From Candidatus Pyrohabitans jungbluthii (GTDB taxonomy: Archaea; Hydrothermarchaeota; Hydrothermarchaeia; Hydrothermarchaeales; BMS3B): a stretch of 64,000 nucleotides of DNA. The position numbers were made by a program, and so were the translations under genes. Below are positions 37,504-47,350 of the stretch, in pieces. The stretch lies in assembly GCA_002010065.2 (NCBI GenBank), contig MTMD02000015.1, forward strand, positions 64,001 to 128,000, written 5' to 3'. The notes beneath the pieces were generated by a model that worked only from the letters and a program-made list of their open reading frames with translations, was not told the DNA's origin and made no database searches. Numbering within the stretch: the first letter of the stretch is position 1; every line of letters begins with the position of its first letter.

Positions 37504-38775
37504 TTGAATAATTTGTTTAGTAAATCATTACTTCTGGTAATTGTACTTCTAGTGGGGGTATGGGTAACTGGAATTACTGTGACAAAGCCAGCTAATACAG
37601 AAAAGGTGCAGGTAATAGTTGTTTTTAAGGAAAAGCCTGATCCAGCGTTGATAAAGAAACATGGCGGAGCGGTAAAGTATTCCTACAAAATAATCCCTGG
37701 GATAGCTGCAAGCTTACCCAGAAAAGCGGTTGCCGCTCTGGAGAGGAACCCCGCGGTGGCGTACATAGAGGAGGATGCGATTGTTGCCAAGCCTCCGTGG
37801 GCAGAAGGCAAAGAGAAGACTCAGCCTGTAGAGGTTCTGGAGTGGAATGTGGACAGGATAGACGCTGAGCTTGTATGGGATAGAGATGGAGACTTAGCTA
37901 TAGACGAAGGAGCAAATGCTGGCTCAGGAATAAAGGTTGCAATTCTGGATACGGGCATAGACAAGGACCACCCTGACCTACAGGAGAATATTAAAGGCGG
38001 GGTCAACTTCGTTTCAAAGCCCTGGTGGAAGCCTGCTAACCCTGATAAGTGGGACGACGACAACGGGCATGGTACCTACGTGGCTGGCATAGTAGCGGCG
38101 GTGGATAACGAGATTGGTGTACTCGGCGTGGCGCCAAAAGTCTGGCTCTATGCGGTGAAAGTGCTGGACAGAACAGGTAGGGGATATGTGAGCGACGTCA
38201 TTGCTGGTATCGATTGGGCCGTTGAGAATGGAATAGATGTGATATCTATGAGTCTCGGCTCCAGTTCGGATTCTCAGGCGCTTCACGATGCTGTTGACAG
38301 AGCGTACGCCACTGGCGTTGTTCTTGTTGCATCCGCAGGCAACAGCGGAGACGGCAATCCGGAAACAAATGAAGTAGAGTACCCAGCCAAATATTCCAGT
38401 GTGATTGCCGTTGCAGCAACCGACGTGCTGGACGGCACCCCTACTTGGAGCGCCGAGGGTGAGGAGGTAGAGCTATCCGCACCCGGCGTAGAGGTTCGCT
38501 CCACTTGGAGAGGTGGAAGATATGAAACGCATAGCGGGACCTCTGCGGCATGTCCCCACGTCTCAGGTACTGTGGCTCTAGTGCTTGCCACAAACATAAC
38601 CGAAATCGCCCCGGACTATGACTACAACAAAAACGGTGCCTGGGAACCTGCTGAAGTTAGAACTTGGCTTCAAAGCACAGCAGACGACTTAGGCGCAAGT
38701 GGCAGAGACAACTTCTACGGCTATGGTCTTGTAGACGCCGAAGAAAGCGCAACAGGGGTGCAGTCGAACCCCTAG
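37504..38775 (+). CDS. Subtilisin-like S8 serine protease with I9 propeptide
   Basis: ILDTG, NGHGT, SGTSAACPHV catalytic triad; N-terminal signal/TM segment. Confidence 0.95.
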   Translation: MNNLFSKSLLLVIVLLVGVWVTGITVTKPANTEKVQVIVVFKEKPDPALIKKHGGAVKYSYKIIPGIAASLPRKAVAALERNPAVAYIEEDAIVAKPPWAEGKEKTQPVEVLEWNVDRIDAELVWDRDGDLAIDEGANAGSGIKVAILDTGIDKDHPDLQENIKGGVNFVSKPWWKPANPDKWDDDNGHGTYVAGIVAAVDNEIGVLGVAPKVWLYAVKVLDRTGRGYVSDVIAGIDWAVENGIDVISMSLGSSSDSQALHDAVDRAYATGVVLVASAGNSGDGNPETNEVEYPAKYSSVIAVAATDVLDGTPTWSAEGEEVELSAPGVEVRSTWRGGRYETHSGTSAACPHVSGTVALVLATNITEIAPDYDYNKNGAWEPAEVRTWLQSTADDLGASGRDNFYGYGLVDAEESATGVQSNP

Positions 38776-38780
38776 GTTTT

Positions 38781-39464
38781 TTACTTTTTGAGTATCCTTA
38801 CCCCCTCTTTTGTTCCCAGGTGCACTTCGCTCACCATGCTGCTGGTGAAAAGTCCGTTCTCAAGTACGCCCACTATTTTATTTATCTCAGTCTCCAGCTT
38901 CTCTGGCTCAGAGATTTCCCCGAAGTCTGCATCGAGAATATAATTTCCGTTGTCGGTTATTAAGGGGCCAACCTTGCCCTTAGCTCGGCGCATGGCAACG
39001 CTCTTTACTCCCATTTTTATCAATGCCCGCTCTGCAACGCGCCACGCAAAGGGTAGAACCTCTATGGGCACGGGCATGCTCAGCCTTTTGGTAAGCTTGC
39101 TTTCGTCCGCTATTACTATGAAGCGCTTGGCATTGCTCGCCACTACTTTTTCCCGGAAGAGCGCACCGCCGCCGCCCTTAACCAGCTCAAGCTTCTCACT
39201 TATCTGGTCAGCGCCATCTATGGCGATGTCCACCTGATCAAACTCCTCGAAGGTAGTTATGGGTATCCCAAACTCAAGGGCGTGAATTCGCGTATCTACG
39301 CTTGTTGGAATTGCCTTTATGCTCAACCCCTCCTCGCGAACCCTATCCCCAAGAGCGCGGATCGCGTAGTACGTCGTCGAACCCGTCCCCAAGCCAACGA
39401 CGTCGCCATCTTTAACTTCTTTCACGGCGCTCTCTGCAGCGATGCGCTTAAGCTTCTCGCTCAT
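38781..39464 (-). CDS. rpiA: Ribose-5-phosphate isomerase A
   Basis: GLGTGST, IDGADQ, KGGGGALFREK, TDNGN. Confidence 0.96.
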   Translation of the reverse strand: MSEKLKRIAAESAVKEVKDGDVVGLGTGSTTYYAIRALGDRVREEGLSIKAIPTSVDTRIHALEFGIPITTFEEFDQVDIAIDGADQISEKLELVKGGGGALFREKVVASNAKRFIVIADESKLTKRLSMPVPIEVLPFAWRVAERALIKMGVKSVAMRRAKGKVGPLITDNGNYILDADFGEISEPEKLETEINKIVGVLENGLFTSSMVSEVHLGTKEGVRILKK

Positions 39465-39465
39465 G

Positions 39466-40092
39466 CTACTCTCTTCTCCCCAGCGTCTTATAAATCTTTG
39501 TTTTTATCAGGTTCATAAAGCCGGCGGGTGTGCCGAAGATATCAACTTTGCCTTTTATTATATCCTCCACACTCTCCACCATAACGCCCGCGCTGCCTAT
39601 CTCAGCATAGGTATGAGCGTCGCTGCCAGCAGTGAACTTAAGCCCATGCTCCAGAGCGAAGCGAAGCGCCTTGCGATTTGAGCCCTGCATCGCACAGCGG
39701 GAGTTGAAAACTTCAATGGCATCGACGTAAGCGTAAAGCTCACTCAGCCCGCGAAGGCGGTAGATGCGGAAGGGGTCGAAGGGATGAGGCACAGCCACAA
39801 AGCCACCCTGAGAGTGGATTTCATCTACCACCTCAAAAAACTCCCTGGATTTAATCTCCTCCTGAAGGAAGTAACCCAGCACTTCACCACGGTCTGTTCT
39901 TATCTCGGCGCCGGCAATAACCACAAAGTCCTCGCTGCTAAGCTTCTTTGCCTCAAGCGCGCCTCGCGCTGTGCCGTGGTCGGTTATGGCTATGCCGTCC
40001 AAGCCTTTAGCTTTTGCTTGTTTTATTATCTCCTCAATCCTCATGCTGGAATCTCTGGAATACACCGAATGCACATGAAGGTCAATCCTCAT
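39466..40092 (-). CDS. PHP-domain phosphoesterase
   Basis: DLHVHS, ITDH, PHP, GSDAH. Confidence 0.92.
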   Translation of the reverse strand: MRIDLHVHSVYSRDSSMRIEEIIKQAKAKGLDGIAITDHGTARGALEAKKLSSEDFVVIAGAEIRTDRGEVLGYFLQEEIKSREFFEVVDEIHSQGGFVAVPHPFDPFRIYRLRGLSELYAYVDAIEVFNSRCAMQGSNRKALRFALEHGLKFTAGSDAHTYAEIGSAGVMVESVEDIIKGKVDIFGTPAGFMNLIKTKIYKTLGRRE

Positions 40093-40186
40093 GGAGATTA
40101 AATTCGGCGAGGAGTAGATAAAACTTAGCCCCCGTAAGTTTTAACAGGCATTGACTGAGATATAACATAACCGCGAGGATGAGGCG

Positions 40187-40405
40187 ATGATGGACGTGGG
40201 GATAATCATAGAGAGGCTCAGGGAGAGAAACCGCGAGCTAGAGGCTGAGATTGAGAAAAATCGTGAGATAATCACAGCGCTTGAAGATTTCGCCTCCGGG
40301 AGCATAAGCCTTGAGGAGCTCAAGAGGGAGCTTCGTGATATAGGTGCACGCTATGGAGATGAGCTCACCTCGCGAATACTTGAGATGCTTGAGGTGCAAG
40401 AATGA
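40187..40405 (+). CDS. Small coiled-coil hypothetical protein
   Basis: ATGA overlap with the downstream gene; GAGG RBS. Confidence 0.6.
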   Translation: MMDVGIIIERLRERNRELEAEIEKNREIITALEDFASGSISLEELKRELRDIGARYGDELTSRILEMLEVQE

Positions 40406-41184
40406 AGCTAGGAGCTATGAACAACCCGGGCGAAGAGGTTACTGCGCAGGTCAGGTTTATCGCCAGCAATGGCTTTGAGTTTGTGGAGCTCGCAATTGAG
40501 GCGCCTGAAGCTACGCCTGAATTGCTTAAGGAGAAAGAACAGGAGCTCAGAGATATACTCGAGGGCTACAAGGTTGAAGTGGTGGCGCACCTGCCCTGGT
40601 ACTTTGAGATTGCCCACCCCTACACCAGAGTAAGAGATGCATTTCTGGAAGAGGTGCACTTGGCGCTTGACGTCGCCGCTGCCTTCGACGCCCGCCTCGC
40701 TGGGCTGCACCTCCACAGGCTGCCAAAGTTTTTCAGGGAGAAGCAGCTGGAGATGCATATCTCAGCACTTCACCAGGCGCTTGCCTTTGCAGAGGAGGTT
40801 GGGATAAAGCTTTGCATTGAAAACTCAGATCTGCGCAGCTTCCCCGCGGAGAGCGTCGCAAAGGTGCTAGAAGCTCTGCCCGAGCTTGGACTGGTGCTCG
40901 ACGTGGGGCATGCACACATAGGCGCAACCAGCGAGGAGGTGCTGAGATTTATTCGCGCCTTTCGTCATCGCATTGTGCATGTGCATGCCCACGACAACAA
41001 TCTCAAAGACGACCTCCACCTGCCCATAGGCGCTGGCGCAATAGAGTGGGAGCGCATTTTGCCTGAGCTTAAAAGCTTTTACAATGGCAGAGTGACGCTG
41101 GAAATCCATTCCCGCGATCCAGACTACCTGCTGATAAGCAGGGAGAAGTTTCTGAAACTATGGAATCAAGAAGCAGCAAAGTAA
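40402..41184 (+). CDS. Xylose isomerase-like/AP endonuclease 2 TIM-barrel protein
   Basis: CIEN, LDVGHA, HVHAHDN…DLHLPIG.G, TLE. Confidence 0.88.
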   Translation: MKLGAMNNPGEEVTAQVRFIASNGFEFVELAIEAPEATPELLKEKEQELRDILEGYKVEVVAHLPWYFEIAHPYTRVRDAFLEEVHLALDVAAAFDARLAGLHLHRLPKFFREKQLEMHISALHQALAFAEEVGIKLCIENSDLRSFPAESVAKVLEALPELGLVLDVGHAHIGATSEEVLRFIRAFRHRIVHVHAHDNNLKDDLHLPIGAGAIEWERILPELKSFYNGRVTLEIHSRDPDYLLISREKFLKLWNQEAAK

Positions 41185-41263
41185 TTTTAATTTTATTTAT
41201 CGACATGAAGGTTACCCGGAACTAAAGTTCCGGATGACGAAGCTCCGCTAACGTTAAACCCCC

Positions 41264-41347
41264 GCGGGGGTACCCGAGAGGCCAAAGGGGGCAGACTTAA
41301 GATCTGCTGGCTAAGTGCCTACGTGGGTTCGAATCCCACCCCCCGCA
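41264..41347 (+). tRNA. tRNA-Leu (TAA)
   Basis: GCGGGGG/CCCCCGC-A acceptor, GCAGA-CTTAAGA-TCTGC anticodon arm, long variable arm, GTTCGAATC. Confidence 0.95.
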
Positions 41348-41436
41348 TATCCGCATGGTTGGTTTTGAGGTTTGCTACTCTTAATACCTCGTTTTTGATG
41401 CCTACATGTTAGAAGCACTACTCAAGCCAATAAGGG

Positions 41437-41517
41437 ATGTTTGTGGTGAGCGACTCCACGCCATTAATTCACCTCGCCAAGATAGGTTGCCTAAACATAC
41501 TGAAGAGAAGCATGTAA
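41437..41517 (+). pseudogene. Truncated PIN-domain (DUF3368-like) toxin N-terminus
   Basis: MFVVSDSTPLIHLAKIGCLNILKRSM* matches the typical 'VVSD.SPLI.LAKIG.L.LL' start of this family but stops after 26 aa. Confidence 0.6.
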
Positions 41518-41724
41518 TGGCAAGGTAGACAAACCTTTTGCATGGTTTTATTCTAACATTGTGTTGCGATATCAATTTTTCCCGCAGTGCGCTATTCCTC
41601 TTCAAAACCTGTCTAAGACTGTTAAATTTGTAGCATGTAGATGGTTGTGCACACGAATACCATTCTGTGCTTTGAAAGTCAAACTTTATATACTAAAAAA
41701 TTTAAAATTTAAAAAGGTGGGAAG

Positions 41725-41895
41725 GTGATTGGCGGCTTTTTGGAAACGCTTGCAGAGATAAGCAGCGAAAATCCCACGCTTTATGGATTAATAGTGGTGG
41801 CGATAATACTGGTAGAGGGGCTGCTCCTTGCGCTGTTTTTGGAGCTGGTGTTCAGGATTTTAGGCATAGAGGTGAAGGAAATTCCACATCATTAA
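41725..41895 (+). CDS. Small membrane protein (56 aa), DVU0150-like partner of TauE exporter
   Basis: Manual translation MIGGFLETLAEISSENPTLYGLIVVAIILVEGLLLALFLELVFRILGIEVKEIPHH; AGGTGG RBS; ends 9 nt before the TauE gene. Confidence 0.7.
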   Translation: MIGGFLETLAEISSENPTLYGLIVVAIILVEGLLLALFLELVFRILGIEVKEIPHH

Positions 41896-41904
41896 GGTGA
41901 TGCC

Positions 41905-43743
41905 ATGTATTTACCCCTTGCTGAAGTGGAGATAAGCGGCTGGTTGCTCTTGGCGATAGGCTTCTGTGTAGGCGTGCTCGCCGGCTTCTTTGGTATTGGG
42001 GGCGGATTTATTGTCACGCCTGCGCTCAACATCTTCGGCTTTCCAATGGCTTATGCCATAGGCACAGACCTGTCGCAGATAATGGGCAACTCCATTGTGG
42101 CTACTTTTAAACACCGGAAGCTGGGCAACGTCGATCTGCGCCTGGGGTTCTTTATGATTATAGGCACCGCCATAGGTGTGGAGGTGGGCAAAGAGGTGGT
42201 GCTCTACCTGGAGGAGATTGGCAAAGTGGGCAGCGTTGTGAGGTCTATCTATATTCTGCTCCTTGGTGGAACGGGCGCCTACATGCTCTTCGACTACTGG
42301 AAGTTTAAGAAGGAAGAGGAGGCGGGAGAGGAGAAGAAGGTGGTGACGGAGCGTGTGGGTAGCAAGCTCTCTGAGATGGTGCACCGAATAAATCTCCCGC
42401 CGAAGGTTGCCCTGCCACAGTCGAAAATAAAGTCCATCTCTCTGTGGGCAATTCTGCTGGTGGGCTTCATCACCGGTTTTCTCGCCGGCTTCCTCGGCGT
42501 TGGCGGCGGATTTATACGCATGCCTGCGATGATATACGCGCTGGGCGTGCCTACAACCATCGCGATAGGCACAGATTTGTTCGAGATAATATTCTCCTCT
42601 GCCATTGGTGCATTCCTCTATGCCACGGAGGGAAGAGTGGAGATAGTTGCCGCTGCGGTGATGGTGTGCGGCTCAGCGATAGGGGCGCAGATTGGTGCCT
42701 TGGCAACGAGCTATGTGCGCGGTATGAAGATACGCTTCTACTTCGCTTTAACAATACTATTTGCCGCAATCAGCGTGGTGATGAAGCAGCTCGCTGTCAG
42801 CCTTTCCATTCCTGTGCTTAGCACCTACGCAGGTTACCTCATCCTCTCAGTTGCAGGTTTAATGACCCTGAACATTACCCTGAGCACAGCCAAGGGTGTA
42901 ATAGAGGAGAGGGCGGTGTATCCTGCTGTGAAGCGCAGGCTTCGCATACTCCTCGCCACAGGTGGCTCGCACCACGCTCTGCGCGCGATTCGCCTAGGCG
43001 CGCGACTTGCGAAGGGCTATGGTGCAGAGGTAACGCTGCTGGTGGTTAAGGACCCGAAAGAGGAGATTCCCGTTGCTGAGGTGCAGCGCAGCGCAGGCAA
43101 AGTGCTAAAGGAGCTTGGGGTAAAGGCTGAGCTCACTGTGAGGCATGGCAACCCCGCCAAGGAGATACTTAAGGCTTCCAAAGAGTACGACCTCCTCGTC
43201 ATAGGTTCCCACGGAACGCGCAGTATAACAGAACACCTGCTGGGGGACAACGCCACACACATAGTGGAGAATATGAAGACCTCAACGCTTGTGGTTAAGC
43301 GGAAGGCGGAGGTCACCAAGATTCTCGCCTGTGTTAACCTGCCCCGCTACCGCGAGGCTGTTGTCAGACGTGCAATAGAGCTTGCAAAGATTCTAAACGT
43401 ACCTCTTGAGTTCCTGTATGTGCTACCTGAGCCGCTTATATACCCGATACGCCGCCTTCACCTGAGCAGCGAGGAGATTATGGAGCTTTACCCGGAGAAG
43501 CGCGAGGCTGCTGAGGAGATTATCAAGCTCGCTAAGAGCGAGGGTGTTAAAGCAAGCGTCAAATTCAGAGAGGGCATACCAGAGGAGGAAATACTGCTCG
43601 AGAAGCGGGAAATCGGCGCAGACCTCGTGATTCTGGGCGACTCTGGCTGGAGGGGCATACTCGGAGAGCTAATAGGCTCCCTTTCTGGGCACATAGTAAA
43701 GCATGCCCGCGTCTCTGTGCTTGTAGTGCATCGCAAGGCTTGA
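41905..43743 (+). CDS. TauE/SafE sulfite exporter fused to two universal stress protein (USP) domains
   Basis: GFFGIGGGFI.TP and GFLGVGGGFI repeats, AIGTDL; then ILLATGGS…GSHG and ILAC…LVILG…HARVSVLVV. Confidence 0.9.
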   Translation: MYLPLAEVEISGWLLLAIGFCVGVLAGFFGIGGGFIVTPALNIFGFPMAYAIGTDLSQIMGNSIVATFKHRKLGNVDLRLGFFMIIGTAIGVEVGKEVVLYLEEIGKVGSVVRSIYILLLGGTGAYMLFDYWKFKKEEEAGEEKKVVTERVGSKLSEMVHRINLPPKVALPQSKIKSISLWAILLVGFITGFLAGFLGVGGGFIRMPAMIYALGVPTTIAIGTDLFEIIFSSAIGAFLYATEGRVEIVAAAVMVCGSAIGAQIGALATSYVRGMKIRFYFALTILFAAISVVMKQLAVSLSIPVLSTYAGYLILSVAGLMTLNITLSTAKGVIEERAVYPAVKRRLRILLATGGSHHALRAIRLGARLAKGYGAEVTLLVVKDPKEEIPVAEVQRSAGKVLKELGVKAELTVRHGNPAKEILKASKEYDLLVIGSHGTRSITEHLLGDNATHIVENMKTSTLVVKRKAEVTKILACVNLPRYREAVVRRAIELAKILNVPLEFLYVLPEPLIYPIRRLHLSSEEIMELYPEKREAAEEIIKLAKSEGVKASVKFREGIPEEEILLEKREIGADLVILGDSGWRGILGELIGSLSGHIVKHARVSVLVVHRKA

Positions 43744-43790
43744 GCTTTTTACCTTGTGAATCTTGAGCAAAGTAGCGTTGCGGTGATGGA

Positions 43791-44003
43791 ATGTATAAGG
43801 ATGAGGTTGTCCTACTTCACGACTTTCTTGTGAGGATTAAGGTGTTCCTCGAGAAGGGCGGTGCCTCGCTGTCCTGCTTTGAGGAGTATGAGAAGAACCC
43901 TGTGAGACCATACCATATCCACAGAAAAAAGAAGGAGCATGAAGCAGCACTTTTCCTACTTGCTAAATGCCTCGAGAGGTTTTTCAGGGAGAATCCCAGG
44001 TGA
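43791..44003 (+). CDS. UPF0058-family protein
   Basis: MYKDEVVLLH…YE…V.P.HIHR.K.EH..A.F.L. Confidence 0.85.
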   Translation: MYKDEVVLLHDFLVRIKVFLEKGGASLSCFEEYEKNPVRPYHIHRKKKEHEAALFLLAKCLERFFRENPR

Positions 44004-44009
44004 AGTTTT

Positions 44010-44315
44010 ATGGGCGTGGAGGAAGCGGTTCGCAGCAAGAGCGGGGAGAGTTTTATAGACGTCATAGTATCTCCCAACGCCAAGAAGACCGAAATTGCAG
44101 GTTATGACGCCTGGAGAAAGAGGCTCTCTGTAAAGGTGGCTGCGAAAGCGAAAGCTGGCGAAGCTAACCGCGCCCTTATCTCCTTCTTCGCCTCCCTTTT
44201 TGGAGTTTCCAAGGGTGATGTTAATATTGTGACGGGAGATAACTCTCGGGAGAAGACCCTGAGAGTAAGACTCCCGAGAGATGTGGTGCTAGAAGTTATA
44301 GATAGGGAGCTATGA
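44010..44315 (+). CDS. DUF167/UPF0235 protein
   Basis: V.PNAK, GEANRALI, G..SREK. Confidence 0.88.
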   Translation: MGVEEAVRSKSGESFIDVIVSPNAKKTEIAGYDAWRKRLSVKVAAKAKAGEANRALISFFASLFGVSKGDVNIVTGDNSREKTLRVRLPRDVVLEVIDREL

Positions 44316-44704
44316 ACCTGGAAGAGTTTGAGAAGATACTGGAAGAGATAGAAGAGCTGCGCGAGGAGGCGCTCACTACGCCCATCCTAGTGGAGGGCAA
44401 GCGTGACATTCTCGCCCTTGAGAGGCTGGGAATAACCGGTGAGTTTTTCTGCGCATGCAACGGCAAGCCACTGTTTGAAACCTGCGAGGAGATAAGCCAC
44501 GCATACAAGCGGGTTATTTTGCTCGTTGACCTAGACAGCGCGGGCATAGCTATAGGTAAAAAGGTCAAGCACTACCTTTCCCAGCTTGGCGTACATGTGG
44601 TGGAGAAGCACCGCCTAACGCTGCTGAGGAAGCTGGACACACATCAGGTAGAGCACCTCGCCACCCGCGTTGAACGGATTAAGAGGGAGCTCTTTCGCTG
44701 GTGA
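44312..44704 (+). CDS. Toprim-domain protein
   Basis: ILVEGKRD..AL..LG, ILLVDLD..G. Confidence 0.88.
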   Translation: MNLEEFEKILEEIEELREEALTTPILVEGKRDILALERLGITGEFFCACNGKPLFETCEEISHAYKRVILLVDLDSAGIAIGKKVKHYLSQLGVHVVEKHRLTLLRKLDTHQVEHLATRVERIKRELFRW

Positions 44705-44773
44705 GCGACGCTGCACAAAATTTTTATAGGGCTTTCTCTTTAAATCGCACATAAAGCTGAGAGGAGGAAAAGA

Positions 44774-45169
44774 ATGAGCACAAGAACAGGAGAGGTAAGG
44801 GAAATCAAGGTTGGCAAGTATGTGGTCATCGATGGCGAACCTTGCAAGGTAGTGAGCTATACCACTGCGAAGACAGGCAAGCACGGCCATGCGAAGGCAA
44901 ACGTTGTTGGTATTGGCATATTTGACGGGGTTAAGCGCACCCTGGTTGCACCTGTGGATGCGAAGGTAGAGTTTCCAATAATAGACAAGCGCGTGGGACA
45001 GGTGCTTGCGATAATGGGCGATACGGTGCAGATAATGGACATGGAGACCTATGAGACCTTTGAAACCAAGATGCCTGCACCAGATGATATCGAAGGCGAG
45101 CTTAAGGAAGGCGTGGAGGTTGAATACATAGTAGCGATGGAGAGGCGTAAGTTAACGAGGGTGCGCTAA
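44774..45169 (+). CDS. eif5a: Translation factor aIF-5A
   Basis: KTGKHGHAK hypusine motif. Confidence 0.97.
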   Translation: MSTRTGEVREIKVGKYVVIDGEPCKVVSYTTAKTGKHGHAKANVVGIGIFDGVKRTLVAPVDAKVEFPIIDKRVGQVLAIMGDTVQIMDMETYETFETKMPAPDDIEGELKEGVEVEYIVAMERRKLTRVR

Positions 45170-45170
45170 G

Positions 45171-46049
45171 GTGACTGTTTATTCCCTTCCTTCTACCTTC
45201 GGGAGGAGGGAGCTTGGTGTTGAGGAGGCAAGCTACGTCGTAGCTGGCATACCCTTCGACTCCAGTGAGAGCTACCGTTCTGGCTCGCGGGAGGCTCCGC
45301 AGGCGATACGCGAAGCCTCGCGGGAGATCGAGGACTTCGACATGCTTGAGGATTTCGACCTGCTTGAGCTAGCTATAGCGGACATTGGCGATATAGAGGT
45401 CTCCTTCGGGAGCAACGAGGAGACAAGGAAGCGTGTTGTTGAAACTGTGAGGTTTATACGGGATAATCATGCTGTGCCCGTACTTTTAGGCGGAGAGCAC
45501 ACTATCTCTGCCTTTGCGATTGAAGCCTTTCCTGAGGACACCCTGTTCTTGAGTTTCGACGCCCACCTGGATTTCCGGGAGGATTACATCAACAACCCCT
45601 TCTCCCATGCATGTGTGCTTCGCCGTGCTGCGGAGCACTTGGGCTACGAGAACATCCTAGCGGTAGGTGTGAGAAGCGCATGCAGGGAGGAGCTGGAGGA
45701 CGCAAAGAGGCTTGGTGTGAGCTTTATACCCTTTGATGAGTGCTACAACCTCGAGGCGCTGGAGAGCAGGCTGAGAAAGACTGTTGAAGGAAGGAAGGTC
45801 TACCTATCCATAGATATGGATGTCTTCGACCCGAAGGATGCTCGCGGAGTTGGCAACCCCGAGCCTCCTGGCTTCTTTTTCTTTGACTTTCTGCAGATTC
45901 TGGATTTTATAAAAGCTTGCAAGCTCGTGGGCTTTGACGTAACCGAGGTAATTCCTCGCTACGATGCTTACACGCCAGTGCTTGCAGCCAAGTTGATTTT
46001 CAAGGTGCTTGCAAGGTATGAGAAGAGATTAAAAGGCGCTATCCATTGA
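45171..46049 (+). CDS. speB: Agmatinase
   Basis: GGEH, FDAHLD, SIDMDVFDP, PEPPG; follows aIF-5A. Confidence 0.9.
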   Translation: MTVYSLPSTFGRRELGVEEASYVVAGIPFDSSESYRSGSREAPQAIREASREIEDFDMLEDFDLLELAIADIGDIEVSFGSNEETRKRVVETVRFIRDNHAVPVLLGGEHTISAFAIEAFPEDTLFLSFDAHLDFREDYINNPFSHACVLRRAAEHLGYENILAVGVRSACREELEDAKRLGVSFIPFDECYNLEALESRLRKTVEGRKVYLSIDMDVFDPKDARGVGNPEPPGFFFFDFLQILDFIKACKLVGFDVTEVIPRYDAYTPVLAAKLIFKVLARYEKRLKGAIH

Positions 46050-46119
46050 ATTTTAATATAAACAAACCAGATGCAGCCTGTAAAATTCCTGTAAATTTAT
46101 TAATGAAGGCTCTTAAAAA

Positions 46120-46194
46120 ATGAGCCAAATGAAAACCCTTAACGAAATACGCAACGCTGGAATTGAAGCTATTGCCGAAGCTATGGTCAAATAG
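46120..46194 (+). pseudogene. Possible truncated antitoxin remnant
   Basis: MSQMKTLNEIRNAGIEAIAEAMVK* in an AT-rich spacer; resembles the 'EIR..G.EAL…LG' start of PIN-associated antitoxins. Confidence 0.35.
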
Positions 46195-46381
46195 GAATTG
46201 TAAGGGAAATTAAGAACATTAGGTCTGATTAATTTTAAAGTTTTATACTATTACGCTTGACTCTATAGATGTCCAATCTTGCTTACAAAACACCGGAGAT
46301 GTAGCACCTAGTACTCTGGACAAAATTTTTATACTTAAAACTCGTAATGCTTGCTGTCAAAAGTGAAAGCAGGGAACACAG

Positions 46382-47350
46382 ATGCATAGTGGGGGCTACA
46401 GTAATCTCAGGGAGATTGTTAAAGGTGCTTCAGTGGGAATGACACTCGCACTTCTCGCATACGTGGTATCCACCAACTACCCCTCCCTAGATGCCCTATT
46501 CTTGGCTCTCTTTTTTGGCATGGGGGCGAAGGCGATTCTCGGAGAAGGAGCAATAAGCGAGAAAGCCCTAGATACGAGCATAAGATTCTTTATTCCCTGC
46601 GGTATAATACTTTATTCGGCAAACATCCCATTTTACATTTTCGGAATGACAAGCTCTCTCAGAATTGTTGAAATATTTTGGGTTATGGCATTATATGTTA
46701 TAGTTATTCTGACTCTGGGCTCAATTTTAAACATGGAAAAGAGGATAACAGCCCTCCTCGCCACAGGCTCTGCAATATGCGGTGCTTCTGCCATAGCAAT
46801 TCTCTCCCCTTTAATCAAAGCAAGGCGCGAGGACACGTCGATTGCAATCATGATAATAACCGCCGTGGGTCTCACTGGTGCAATGGTTTATCCCATACTT
46901 AAAGACATCCTGCATCTGAGCGAACTGAGCTATGCCTTTCTGTGTGGAGCAACCCTCCACCAGACAGGTCTGGTAAAGATAGCAGGCTCCTACGCTGGGG
47001 GTGAGGTGATCAGCTCTGCCCTTGCCTTCAAAGGTGTGAGGATAAGCATGATTGCCCTCGCAGCGATAGCCGTGCCATATTCCCTTGAAAGGAAGCCTGC
47101 CTTTCCCCTCTTCATCCTCCCCTTTTTAATCCTCTCCTTTCTATTTTCCTTCGTTGAAAACCTGAAGAGCGTGGCTACGCTCATATCTCCCTTTGCCACC
47201 TTTGCCTTTGCAAGCGCCATGGCGAGCATAGGCTTGAGCGTTGACATGCAGAGTCTCTACAGAGCCAGGCTTCGCTACCTAAATGTAGCCTACGCTGCGT
47301 GGCTCATCGTTTTAATCTCTGTGCTCCTAGGTGAGGGGGTGACGCTATGA
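46382..47350 (+). CDS. YeiH/putative sulfate exporter (PSE) family membrane protein
   Basis: GSAICGASAI motif, multiple TM helices. Confidence 0.88.
   Translation: MHSGGYSNLREIVKGASVGMTLALLAYVVSTNYPSLDALFLALFFGMGAKAILGEGAISEKALDTSIRFFIPCGIILYSANIPFYIFGMTSSLRIVEIFWVMALYVIVILTLGSILNMEKRITALLATGSAICGASAIAILSPLIKARREDTSIAIMIITAVGLTGAMVYPILKDILHLSELSYAFLCGATLHQTGLVKIAGSYAGGEVISSALAFKGVRISMIALAAIAVPYSLERKPAFPLFILPFLILSFLFSFVENLKSVATLISPFATFAFASAMASIGLSVDMQSLYRARLRYLNVAYAAWLIVLISVLLGEGVTL

Noticed and set aside
30473-41347. Integrated provirus/ICE bounded by a tRNA att site
   Set aside because: No integrase and no duplicated tRNA 3' end seen; the intervening genes are ordinary metabolic genes.
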